Shown here: positions 1 to 12,500 of the stretch, piece after piece
Layout: each line of letters starts with the position of its first letter
How positions within the stretch are numbered: the first letter of the stretch is position 1
Source of the DNA: Lophium mytilinum
Lineage: Eukaryota
Direction of reading: 5' to 3'
DNA length: 64,000 nucleotides
Assembly: GCA_010093605.1 (NCBI GenBank)
Contig: MU004184.1
Location: forward strand, 1,002,801-1,066,800
Program-made: the position numbers and the translations under genes
The notes under the pieces: generated by a model
Seen by the model: the letters and a program-made list of their open reading frames with translations, nothing else
What the model was told of the DNA's origin: nothing
The model's database searches: none

Positions 1-609
1 GCATCGCGGCTGAGAAGACAAGCGTTGAGGGCAAGGACGCTGAGGAGGTTCGCAAGAATCTCTTCGATCCTACCACGTAAGCAGACTTGACCCCATCATA
101 TGAGTCTCTGCTAACAAGGTCCCAGAGTCGAGGAGTGGACTTCCATCTACGCGACCAATGTGGTCGGGCCTTACCTAATGACTACTGCCTTTCTCCCACT
201 GCTCCAGAAATCGACCGACCTCCACAAAGGGTACTCTGGCTGTGTCATCAACATCACGAGCATATCCGGCCTCGTCCGCATCTCGCAGGGCCATTTCTCC
301 TACAACGCGAGCAAGGGCGCTGAGATACACCTCAACAAGATGCTCGCTACCGAAATCGCAAAGGCTGGTCTCAAGATTCGCATTAACAGCATCGCACCTG
401 GCGTGTTCCCAAGCGAGATGACAACGCAGGAGAGCAAGGACAACCAGAAGAGCGAGATGCCAAAGGAGCATAAAGGAATGCTGCCTTCCCAGCGACCAGG
501 CAACGATCGAGACATGGCTGCTGCTATCCTCTTCGCTGCTAGCTGCCAATACCTCAATGGGCAGACTATTCCTGTTGACGGCGGCTATTTGATCCAGGTG
601 GGACAGTAA
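1..609 (+). CDS. Short-chain dehydrogenase/reductase, 5'-truncated by the window edge
   Basis: YNASK catalytic motif, INITSISG, RINSIAPG and IPVDGG SDR motifs; intron 77..125 (GTAAGC...CTAAC...CAG). Confidence 0.9.
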
Positions 610-1719
610 GCGGAGTCGGTCAGTTGCCAATGTGGAGCCGAAGGTTGAACAATTCATTGGTCAGCTACCAACGTGGGGCCCGTAGCTTGAATAACGTTAT
701 TCCTCTCAAACGGGGGTACTAGGGACAAAAGCTATGTATGGCGCACTGGGCCTGTAGATTCACAGAATGAACAGTATTCTGCCTGAATTGAAACTTGTTT
801 ACATTGTATGCTTATGGCTAGTGCACCGTTTGTTTCTCGTTCCCCAATTTTGAGTGTACGGGCATATGTTGAAGCAGCCACGTGATGTTGTTGTCTAATT
901 AAGATGAAAGTATAGCCGACCCCCCTCGGCAGCTTTAGTTTCTCTCTAGAGTCCTTCGAATCCTTCCATAGGCAAAAGCAAATCCATGAAACAGCGTCGA
1001 CTGATCCCTCGGATTGGTCGTTCGAGAAGGTCCATAACTCGCGCCCTCTTCTAACCTTACGATGGTTTGCAGGCTTCTACGCTTTCGCAACGTGCAGTTT
1101 TTCGACAGTTCGAGCCCCAATAGTTCATATTATTGTACACGAGTAAGGGAAGTAGAGTTTTCTCGTGAACTCAATCTGGCCTGCTAACCCCAGCACATCC
1201 CCCTCACTCCGCCCCTGATGCACTTTTAGCGTACCAGCGATTCGGGATCGACCGTCCCGTGCTGACGGATGTTGGAAAAGGTTCCCCGCGTCCTTTAGGC
1301 CTCTCTACGGTGACTACACTACGCAGTCTTGTCAGTCAATTTGAGCATAGACAGAGGTGTAGATAAGCCATGCATTGAATTCTGCATTGGAGATATCCAA
1401 GACGCAGGCGCGGGCTGTACAGGATCGACTTCGTTCTTGGCACTCGGTTTCAGTCAGCGCATGGGCGTCATATCGACCTGGTCTCGGCCTTCCTGTGGCG
1501 CAAGACGGCAACACTTGCACCTCAGCTCAGGACGACGAAACCCTCCTTTGTTTTTAACTCCAGCACGCCCAAGGCACCAATCGTCACCGCAAGTCTCTGG
1601 CCAAGGATCCCAAGCTCTTCTACGAAGCAGATTTCGTTTCTTCAGTTTTCAGCTTCGCAAATGCACTTTGATCGACCGGGAGTGGCCCTCTGAACGCCCT
1701 TGTCCATGTTGCCACTCTC

Positions 1720-4700
1720 ATGGGATTGCCGATGCGTGGACAGTCCATGGCCTCCATGGAGACTCCCGACGATCTTCAGTTGCTTACAGCATTCTTCGAT
1801 CATGATGAAAGACCTACAGTGGTTGTCACTCGATCTCTCGAGCAAGCCGGCGGCGCCGTTTGTCCTTCAATTGCGTACTACAACGAAGCTTTCCGTGGCC
1901 ATTTCAGTATTGCCTCCTCCGAGGGAATCAACACTACAGCCTTGGAGTCCGGATTCAGAGAACTGGCCACCAACCCAGCTACATGGGCCTCTATCAAAGA
2001 AGGCGTAACTAGCGAGATTTTGTTCGACGGTAACGCATGGACAAGGCGTATCATAGGCCAACGATGGGGAATCATCTGCCTCAAATGCACTTCGAACCAC
2101 CATGCTGTCCATAGTGGTACCGAAGAAACTGGATTTGCACGGCCTCTCAAGCGACGTCGTCTCTCATCGAACAGCCATGTCGTTCCTCCAACATCTCATC
2201 GCCACCTCCCAGAACCGGATTATCTACCGTCACCTGAGTCTACCTCAGGGTCATCGGATGCACCAGCGCCCGTCTCGTTAGACTGGACACGTCGTTTGCA
2301 CGATGGTCTATCCGACTACATCCAGATGTTCCAGAAGCGTGACTGGTCAAAAACCTGCCTAGGACCCATCACAACATGGAGTCATGCACTGAGATCCAAC
2401 ATTTTCGTGATTATGAACAGTCCAGAGCAAAGAGTCTTGCTGTGGGGACCAGACCTCGCCCTCATTTACAACGACGCAGTCTGCCACGGCATGGGCAAAA
2501 AGCATCCTTCTGCCTTGGGCCTACCGGGTTCCGTCGGTTTTGCCGAAGGGTGGCGTCCTCTTCATCGCAACATCAAAGAAGTCTTGCAAACTGGTAGGGT
2601 AAAGCAGGTCATCGATCACTATGTGCCGATGGGAAGGAGTGGCCTCTCGCCAGAAGAAACGTACTTTTCGTATACGCTTCTCCCGCTAATAGATGAAAAC
2701 GGCAACGCGACAGGGGTACTCAAAGAACTCACAGAAACAACACGACGCGTCATCACGGAAAGACGACAAGCTACGATCAAGAAGGCTGAACAAATGGCTG
2801 CCGCTCGAAACATCGCCGAGTTCTGGAACAACGTCCGGAATATACTGGAGTCCAATGCGCAGGATTTTCCACTCGCTCTTCTCTATTCCTTCGCCGGAAA
2901 AACTATGCTAGTAGATGACAGTAGCCGTAACAGAATTTCGAGGTATTGCAGCTTGGAAGGTGCTGTAGGCATCACGACAGATCATGACCTAGCAAGCTCA
3001 CGAATAGAATTACGCAAAGAAGGTTCTGGCCTCGAGCCACACTTTGAGAAGGCACTTTCGACCGGAAGCCCGCTTCTCCTACGTAAGAGTGATGGCTCGT
3101 TTCCGGAATCACTGGCTATTAGGATCCCTGATCGAGGTCTTGGCGGAACTTGTGCCTCTGCTTTGGTCTATCCAATTCGCCGTTTAGATGGCACGGGCGC
3201 CATTGGATTCCTCCTGCTTGGGCTAAATCCTCAAAGACCGTTCGACGATGATTACAGTGTCTTCATTAATACGGTCATCGATCATCTTGTTCGGGCAGCG
3301 GCCTCAATCATCGTTCCGGAGGAGCAGAAAACTCTCCTTCGTCGGACTGAGATAGCAGAGAGCAATGAGCGGACCTTCACAAAGTTAGCTGAAATAGCTC
3401 CTATCGGTATAGCGCAGTTCACACCGCAATGCATATGCATCTGGAGGAACGATGCATATGACTACTTGAGCGGAATGAATGGGCATTCTATGTCGGAGGC
3501 CTACGACGGATGGGATGCGCCAATACACCCAGATGACCGACCGAGGAGTTATGCTGTCTTCCAAACGTTGCTGGAAAAGCCTCATTCAATCACCCTAGAG
3601 CTTCGCGTTCGTCGGCAAGAAGCCGATGGAAATGGCCTAGGTCAGTGGCGCTGGCTCTTATGGCACGGCTCCTCAGAGGCAGATGCGCACGGGAATCTTG
3701 AGGTTATAACCAGCTTTCTTACTGATATTTCAGATCAAAAGCAGGTGGCGAAATTGCAGACGCAGAGGCTTGAGGATTTGCTGGAGACGAAGAGGCAGAG
3801 CGAGAACTTTATTGACATGGTAAGCGCCATATTGCTTGTAGGCAGTTTTATTAGTAGTGCTAATCATCAATAGACGTGTCATGAGATGCGTAATCCTCTA
3901 TCAGCAATGATACAGTCCGCAGACGGTATCATTTCAGCTTTCGAGCTTTCCAATACATCGACCCCGACTTCCACACAGAGCGCAGTCATAGACGCCGCAC
4001 AAACAATCATCCTCTGTGCTCAACATCAGAAAAGGATTGTTGACGATATCTTGACTCTATCCAAGCTGGATTCCAACTTGCTCTTGATATGCCCTGACAA
4101 CGTTCAGCCTATCGTTCTAGTTGAAAACATCATTCAGATGTACCGAGCAGACCTCCGCGGTGTAGATGTCACAGCTTCGCTCTCGATCGATCAATCCTTC
4201 AAGAATCTTGCTGTAGGCAAGGTTCTGCTGGATCCCGCCCGTTTGTCGCAAGTGTTGATTAACCTGCTCACCAACGCCATCAAGTTTACGTCTACTGCGA
4301 CGGAGCGAAAGATTACAATCATCATTGGAGCGTCTCTTACACAACCAACTTCTGGACCGACCGACGTTTCGTATATTCCGAGAGTAGCTCATCGACTGTG
4401 CTCAGATCCTGAAGGAGGCGAGTGGGGGACCGGGGATGAGGTCTTCCTACAGGTAGGCTCAAACCCCAGACGACTTGTCACTATGTGTGTCCCAATACTA
4501 ACTCATCCTTCAGTTCGACGTCGTTGACACTGGCCGAGGGCTGTCCCCAGAAGAGATGAAACTCCTCTTCCTCCGCTTCTCCCAAGCCTCACCAAAAACC
4601 TACGCCCAATATGGAGGGTCCGGACTCGGCCTCTTCATCTCCAGAGAGCTCACCGAGCTTCAAGGAGGACAGATAGGCGTGCACTCCGTCGCAGGCCAAG

Positions 4701-5365
4701 GAAGCACCTTTACCTTCTACATCAAGGCTCGGCGATACGTCCCGCCAACCCTTGCACTACTCAAATTCTCCGACTCGCTCAGGAACTCAGAGCTTGCTTC
4801 CCGCGACAATTTACCAGCTACTCCCCCAATTCTATCAGCGCTGAATAGCCGGAGTGGCTCTGTGCTGTTCAATGTCCTTCTTGTTGAAGACAATGTGATC
4901 AATCAGAAGGTGCTTGCGCAATATCTGATACGCGAGGGATGTAAAGTCCATGTCGCGAATCATGGAGTGGAGGCGTTGGATTTCTTAGCACGAACAACCT
5001 ATACCAGATCATCCTCGGATCAGGCTTCCCAAGACTCGCCGCCATTACCCCTCGATATCATTCTGATGGATCTCGAAATGCCCTACATGGATGGCCTGAC
5101 ATGTGTCAGCCGGATCCGCGAATTGCAACGCGATGGTACCATAAACTCCCATATCCCAGTTATTGCGATCACTGCGAACGCGAGGAAGGAGCAGATTGCT
5201 AATGCGTTGGATCATGGTATGGTGAGTAGCCCACCCCTCACTGCTCTTGCAATATGTCTTCATAATTCTAACATGTCCCAGGACGACGTCGTCACGAAGC
5301 CATTCCGTATACCAGAGTTGATACCGAAGATCGCGGACCTAGTGCAAAGAATTAATGCATCCTGA
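1720..5365 (+). CDS. Hybrid sensor histidine kinase (PAS/GAF-like input, HisKA, HATPase, receiver)
   Basis: Introns 3820..3873, 4453..4513 and 5222..5281 join three ORFs. H-box FIDM/TCHEMRNPL, N-box NLLTNAIKF, G-boxes DTGRG and GGSGLGL, receiver LLVEDN...ILMDLEMP...TKP, PAS motif IHPDD. Confidence 0.93.
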
Positions 5366-5845
5366 GTAATTGGTAGGATAGCCGAATCAGCGACCATATG
5401 AGCGGGCATACTAGCGTATTATCTTTCTTGTCACTGTTGCCTATCAGCACGTGTGATGTTCACTATATATATACCCCAATCCAAACCCTGCAAAAACAAG
5501 TTGCCATGGCCATTGATTAAATGCGTCTCCAATTCTTCCGCACTCATTACACCCGACTCCGTGCAAAAGGAGGGGATTTGAGTGCCTCTCGCGAAGCATG
5601 TGGATGTCAGTTCAGGAGCGAAGACTAACGAAATACCCGTCCAGGATTCCGACGATCAATAAGAGCCAGGCGCTATCCTCTAAAGCAAACTCTGGTTGCA
5701 AGAGCCAAACTCCCACCTCCTTTCGCTGGTATGCGGCCTTAACACCACCCCGCCTCACGGATTAGCATCACACTGCCGGCGAATCATTGCCTGTACTCCG
5801 TTTTTGGCGTCCAACGCAAGAGTATAGTCGGATACCCAGCATTGC

Positions 5846-8290
5846 TCATAGCTCGGTGATAAGCCTGGCCCCCAAGCTATCAACACTAGAATGATACCGT
5901 GTTATATCCGAGAACATAACACAGACCGGGCTTTCTCTTAGCAAATGAGAAGGATCGTCGCAATGCTTTTTCTTGTCGAAGCATTCCTGACATATATCAA
6001 ACTGTCCACCCTCGCAAATAGCACAATTATAGGTGATCGAGGTGATTTGTGCGCCACAAATATCACAGGATACAGATCTGACCCGGCATTTCTGGAAAAC
6101 GTTGACGTCCATTGACGGTGGGGACGAGCCGCTTTGTACGCCTTGTATACCTGGGCTCATGTCGAAACGCGCAGAAGGGAATCTAGATAGAAGCTCCACT
6201 GCACGAGGCCGAGCGTATGGACTCTCGGCGCAGCAATCTTCTACGATGAGACGAAAGTACTCTGGTATCTTCTCTGAGAGACGTGGTAATGTAGCATAGT
6301 GAGAATAAATCCCGACCTGACATAGTCGCAAATTTGTATAGAGGGTCTGCTTTAGACTCTGGGCGCTTCGATCAGTTGCCCAACTTTCAACGAGGACCCA
6401 TAGTAATTGGCCCAACTGATATATATCGAATTCCTTGGTTATAAGCGGTCTTTTCGTGCATTCCGAGTCCAGATGAGACAACTTGGCGTAGGTCTGGAAC
6501 TCTGGGGGATAGAAAGGGAGCGCTACAGCCCTGAAATCAAGAGTATTATTGAATCGGTAGAGATGAAGTTGTCCGAGAGCGTCCACCAGGATGGGCGGTC
6601 GCAGCATCCAAAGCGTACCGACCACGAAGTGGCGCCCTGCGGTGTGCACAGAGCTGATCCGATGGATGAGCTGCCACGCTAGATTTTCGATTTGGGACCA
6701 GTTCCAAGACTGTGATAGCCTGCTTGCGTAGTCAAGTAAGAATTCGCACTCTGTTTCGGGTAATTTTACCAGGTAGCTTTGCAAGTCGTGCTGGTCATCG
6801 TCCATAGCCAGACCGAGAAGACGTACAATTCCCGGTTCATTCCGCAGACAGTGGAGGATTTCGATGTTATAGCAAAATTCTGCGGTTGGAGGTTGCTGAT
6901 GTGACCTCACTTCTTCGACAAGTTGCCCCTCGAAGATTGACATGAAATGGTGTGAAATTTCGAGCGGGGCTAACTGAATCACTTGTCCTGTGGAGACTTT
7001 ACGGCAACCTAAATGATGCAATGAAGACAAAATTGCTTCTTTGGAACACTCTGTTGGGACGTGAATTTCCTTAAGACCTGGACGGACCAGTGCGGATTGC
7101 TCCATTCTTGGCACGACTGTGCCCTCAGGGCTCTCGTTCGATAGCCAGAAGCGGAGATGACTGTTTTCAGTGATCTTTGGCATGTGCCTCGCGAAACCTT
7201 GCTGCATAACCTCTAGCAATGACGTTGGTACGCCAAAGGCTTTCATATGGGTTTGCAGGAACCCATATTTAGGGTCGCTGTGAAGGGCCGTAACCGTCCA
7301 GTATTTGGAGTCTGAAGGTATTTCGAGTGATATGTCAAGATGTATCCACTGTCGGGGTGATTTTTGGAAGAGCATTCGGTAGTAGTTGGTCCGCGAAAAC
7401 CTTGAGCTTGTTTCCTCAAAAAGGGCGGTGATGATTACTTTCGGTAATATGGATTTGCTATATATCTCCGGATAATCGTTCGGAAAATGCTCGAGAGGTG
7501 TTGTTTGCCGACCAAGCTCAAAGAGTTTGTCTTTATGCTGCTTAATCTCGCTTTCTGACATGTCTGTGGTATTTGAAAAGGGGACTTTAGAAACACATTT
7601 GGTGACCGATGCGCTCACGGTGTCAATCTGAGATGGCCTCATGTTGTCCGATGATTGGTAATCCTGCATCCACACTTCATCCACGCGGCGTAGAATGCCT
7701 AGCATGGCGCGAGTCTGAGCGAAAATATCCAGAAGCGTGGCATCCGACCTGACGCTCGTTTCGCTATGCTGGATCAGTTTGCAAGCATTACATAACCGTT
7801 GGAACCGAGTCCTTACAGCGTTTCCATGCTAACTGCCGCAAGAACTCTCTGTTTGGATTCTCGAAGCCTTGATTGCAGCACTTCGACTTTCTTCTTATGT
7901 ATAAGCCACGACACTGGTCGTACGTTCCCATTATCGGATCGGAGGAGCTTATCCTGGATAACGGCTTTGAGCTCCCCGATGGTCTGTCGTGACGTGCACA
8001 AGGCGGACTGGAGGTGTGGGCTGAAGCGATTGGGGTTACGGTATTTGATGGCCTCCAAAAATTCAGTCAGCTCTGCGAGATCCGTCTGTTGACGCGGTTA
8101 GTGTGTATAGCTAACATGACAATTATATTGGCATTATCCGCGGTGCGAATACCAATCATCGCCCTGGACTTACTTGTACATCTTTCAGCTCATTTTGTGC
8201 CTTGTAAATGGTTCGAGCGAGTGACAGAACCGGCTCGAGGGTTTGCGCGATAGTGATGATGCTCGCGATTGCTCCCAAAACTTCTGCCAT
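5846..8290 (-). CDS. HeLo-like N-terminal domain + pseudokinase + C-terminal ZZ zinc finger protein (~767 aa)
   Basis: Exons 8290..8174, 8085..7817 and 7763..5846 splice in frame with canonical GT-AG sites. The N-terminus MAEVLGAIASIITIAQ...SWLIHKKKVEVLQSRLRESK is typical of fungal STAND N-terminal helical domains. Kinase-fold motifs GIVRLLG, YPPE, DIYQLG and P..RP are present but no HRD/DFG. ZZ: CDIC...CAIC...FDICQEC...H..H. Confidence 0.75.
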
Positions 8291-9732
8291 GATAACCGCA
8301 GCACGTCAGGTTGACTTGTGAGCATCTTGTATCAATACGAGATGAACACACCATGACGGATGTGAACGAGTAGTCATTCTGGACATTCCGGGACTCGAAT
8401 ATAAGGTTGCAGGCTGTGGCTGGTGCCTAAACTTTCGCCAATTACCTGCAGATTTTCAAGTTGCCTTCTTGCTTGCCTGCCTCACCATGACTTAAACCAA
8501 TTGGCGTTTTCTGGCCCCCTCCATCCCCTCCCGATAATGTACTGCGATTAGTAATCAGTACTCTAGGTATGTACGTCGTGCATATCACATACCCACATGC
8601 ACATCAGCACTCATTTTCGGCCCTGTCAACATTGATGACAGGTCTCCCATCCAACTCAAATCAGTGTGGCCTAGTTAGGTTGTGGCCTGCGCCGCTTTCT
8701 GCCTTTTCTTTGCCCTTCTCGACGCGTGGACAGCGGCTTCTACGACCAGAGACCGATCCCGATGTCGTAGCTCTGACGTCCTCAGCATGGCGGTGATACA
8801 TACAAACACCAGCCTACATATAGCTGATCTCGGGCCTTGATCGAAATGGTACGATGCACGAGGGCTGAATTTTGTGAGCAGTCATCGTTTCAACATGCAG
8901 ATTTTTGCGGTCCAGGAACAATCGAGGACGACGCGCTCACGTTCTCACTTCCGCCTATCTGCCCACAATCAGTAAGTTGAGAGTTGCCGGTTAGAACATG
9001 AGTCGGTTGTTTCGTGACTCTTGGAGGTTGTGGGTTCAGTCTTGTCATGGTTGAACAGGGTATAGTTAGTGGGGAGGCCCGGCGATTTGTTCACGTGATT
9101 ATGGATGCGTGAGTCAGGAGAGGATAGTAGTAAGTATCTGAATAGATTGGAGCGTCCAGATAGGTCCTTTGCGTTATTCGCTTGCCAAAGATAACCAGAG
9201 GTCAGAAAATCTCAGTATCATCACGTGATCTTAAGGGTGAACCAGCTGTGACCCTACAATCCGGAAAAGATAGCATTCACAATGTGATGCGGACCTCCCC
9301 GGGCATTATGCACTAGAAATATAAAGGCCCTGATGTCGGACAGTGCGCAATCGTTGAAGAATCAGAACTTGGTAGGCACTGTTTACGGTCTCTTTAGGCA
9401 ACGAGAGACTTTCGAGCAACGTATGAAGTTTTTTTGCCACATATGAGACCAGCGATAACTACTCGTGGTTTGCTCGGAACGAGTATGCTTTTAGGCATTT
9501 GTCTCATATGAGGATGAGGAGCGGTGGAAACGAGGATGTTCAAATCAAGACCGTCAGTCTCGTCACTGAGAAGCTTGCAGCTTTGCCTTTGGAAGACGGC
9601 ATAAAAGATGATTAATCTGTTACAAACCAAGCCCAAATTCCTCCATAGCAATTTACCAAAGGGCTCCGCGACTTCGTTAACCGACGGAAAGCCTGGATGA
9701 CGGTAAGGCGGATCAACAGCAACTAACACCTT

Positions 9733-10390
9733 TCACCCTGTGAACTCCGTGAACCACTTCTTCTGGGTCCCATTCCAGAAAGCAACCCAAGGCTTGTTCG
9801 CCTGGGCGCCGTCCTTGTAGTAATACACTTTGATGGAATCCGAGTTCACGCTCAAGAATGCGGTAATCGGGCTATGTTTCTTGACAGTGACGCCGAGGTC
9901 AGTGCCGAGCTGACCGACTTTCCAGTTCTCTGAGCCTTCCTTCTGAAGCTCCTGCAAGGTGCTGTTTGTATCGATGTAGTACAAGCGAGACTGTTATTGG
10001 GTTTAGCAGTTAGGTCGGTAGGCGCAAAGACGTGACAAAGAACCTACCCTCGTGAAGGAGTTCAATAGTGGGAATGAAATAGCTGCTATGTCCCTGGTAA
10101 GAGACTTCACGTTTTGGTCGTTGAGCGTCAGGAGATCGTCTCGGTAGGCTGCTCGGCCCGCAGTCGCTAACGGTTCTGAGTCCGTTTTGGCAGCGTTTTG
10201 AAGAGTTTTGAGGAAGCCGTGTTCATCGGTATAGAAGACCGTGCTTTTGCCATCCACAATGCATCCTGATATGACAGCCGACCGCGGATCCGTAGGCTGG
10301 AACACGTGTTAGTTTAACGAGCATAGCAACTTAGAGTGCTTTTGCCTTTGGAGCATTACTATTTGACGAGGTGGGGGTGGGGTCTGGCAT
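9733..10390 (-). CDS. Small fucose-lectin-like beta-propeller protein (about 3 blades); 5' end uncertain
   Basis: Intron 10047..9991 joins two ORFs in frame. Repeated motifs STVFYTDEHG / SRLYYIDTNSTLQEL..W.VG / SPITA...IKVYYY..W resemble fungal fucose-specific lectin blades. The splice donor of the first exon is not clean. Confidence 0.55.
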
Positions 10391-12500
10391 AGTGCTGGCA
10401 GGTTTGCTTGATGGAGTAGTGATTTGCTAGTGGAGATACGTTTTTGGCTGGCAGAAGGATGTGCTGAGCTGCGAGAGGACGAAGACTTTATACCTCAGAC
10501 AGAGAAAGATGCTCAACTTGGTAGCACAGATAGGGTTTTTGGTCGGTAGCGAGTTGAAACGAGCTAAGTAGAGCCGGCAGCGAAGTTTGATAGAAAGACT
10601 CTCTGTGGCGGAGGTGCTAGCACGATGCGTGCAGCCAAGATGTTAGAAAAAGGAACTCTTCCATTGAAGTGTACCATGCGACGGTCCAGATTGCAAAGCG
10701 AGCGCCAGTCTAAACAATAAGGCTTACTGCATAGAAAACATAACAGGGTTAGTGTAGCCTTATACATCAACATGGTTGGCTGAACGTAAAGGTGTATGCT
10801 GCATTGTCATGCAAGAAGGATGCTATGGGGTCGTATTCTGAAGCAGCCTGTGGCCACGGGTCACACTCCGTCAATGTTTCTTTCTTTAACAAAATGGCAA
10901 TAACTTAGTTGCGGGGCTGACAGTTATGCGTGCTAAAGGCAAAGCAATGAGCGTGTAAGATCCGATCCTCCTTTTGCTCAACTTTGCTCATCTCTATGTG
11001 CAACGGCCGCGTTGAATATAAGACTGAAGATGGTACGTGCGTATGGGATTCTGTGATCTGGGTTAGTCCCATGGACTTTCCACATGGGACATCCACTAGG
11101 CCCTTCTGCATGGGTTTCCCGTAAGGTCGATCCAGAAGCTTAGACGGCCCGTTTAGGTTGTGGTGGAATAAGCGAGATCTTGTTCAGCCTGGTCTGGAAT
11201 CAAGTTGAGCACGTTTCAGCTGAATGTGGCTGGCTGAGAAGTTCTGCAGCTGAACTGCGGTGGTGTGCAACGGGCGGGTGGTAGGTGCGGGGGTGGCTGA
11301 AATGGTCGTCCAGCTGAAACGTCTTTGAAGTTGTGAATAGCAGAGCTATGGTATATTGAATAGGATGCTGGCCATAAAGTGATACTCGCTTTGACTTGTA
11401 TGTCCTGAGAACTTTAAGATCCATGATGGCAAAGCCATTGATGTCTAATTCGATACAGCAATTGAAGTTGGAGCTGAGCGAGAGGTACATATCACCTTCA
11501 TGCATGATACAGTAGTTGCATGTCGCCAAGTCTACCCAAAATGGCGGAATCTTAGTCTGCCAACCCGCCCGGCGGACAGATTGAGGATTGGACGGATTGG
11601 CACTTACACTATTCTTAGTTACAACAGGTATGAACTTACTAATGCTTGGCACGTTAAGGTTGATCATTTAGTCATCTTTTCCGCTTTATTGCATTGGCGG
11701 CCTCTAGAATACCTAAGCATATCAGGGCGCATCTTAGTAGGACTAAAGTCATCTAGTCTGGGGTGGCGATGCGGGGTAATAGGAAGCGGAGCGGCAGCAT
11801 CTAGTTTTGGATGTATGCACTTCGGAATCGATTCCATAGAGACTATCAGTGTCAGCTGTACGTACACATTGGTCGAAGTGCTTCTGTGAAGCTCCCTTGG
11901 GTTGAGTTGAGGTTGACTTTGGCTCAGTTGAGATATATCGTTTGGATGTGGGAGGGAAGTGAATAATGAAACCGGACGTGCGATCTAAGTATGCACTCGC
12001 GGTCGGGGTGCGGTGCAATGTACAGTCTATTCTTGGTGACACGGGATCATGCAAGACGAGTTGATGTTGGGATTGGGTGCCATGATTACGAATAAGCGTT
12101 AGTATCTCTTGTCCTTTTTGCGTTAGCATACCGAGAGCAAAGGGGATGAGAAAGTGGCACAAGAGAAAGTGCATCTTACAGCTATATGTCTCTATTCAAT
12201 TGCATTTCCATGGTTCAAGTCACTGTCTACTAAAGTCTCACATTCACCAAGTTCTCAAAGACTTAATCATTCTGTAAAGATAGGTTTTCGTTACCTATGA
12301 GATTGGAGGTACCATTGCAAGATATTCGTTCAGATGCGCCAAAGGTGGTTCAAGAAACTTAGGTAGATCGTTATCGTCACCAGAAGGAAAGGTAAGTGCC
12401 GTATTTTACGCACTCCCGAGAAAGCTGTCACATCTATCCCCCTCCGTCAAGTAGATTCGTTAGCGTCCCCATGCGTTTGGCCAGGTAGGGATCAGAGCAC

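Noticed and set aside
10564..12174. Cluster of short ORFs between the lectin-like and coiled-coil genes
   Set aside because: No motifs, mostly non-ATG starts and overlapping frames; could be a decayed gene but cannot be supported
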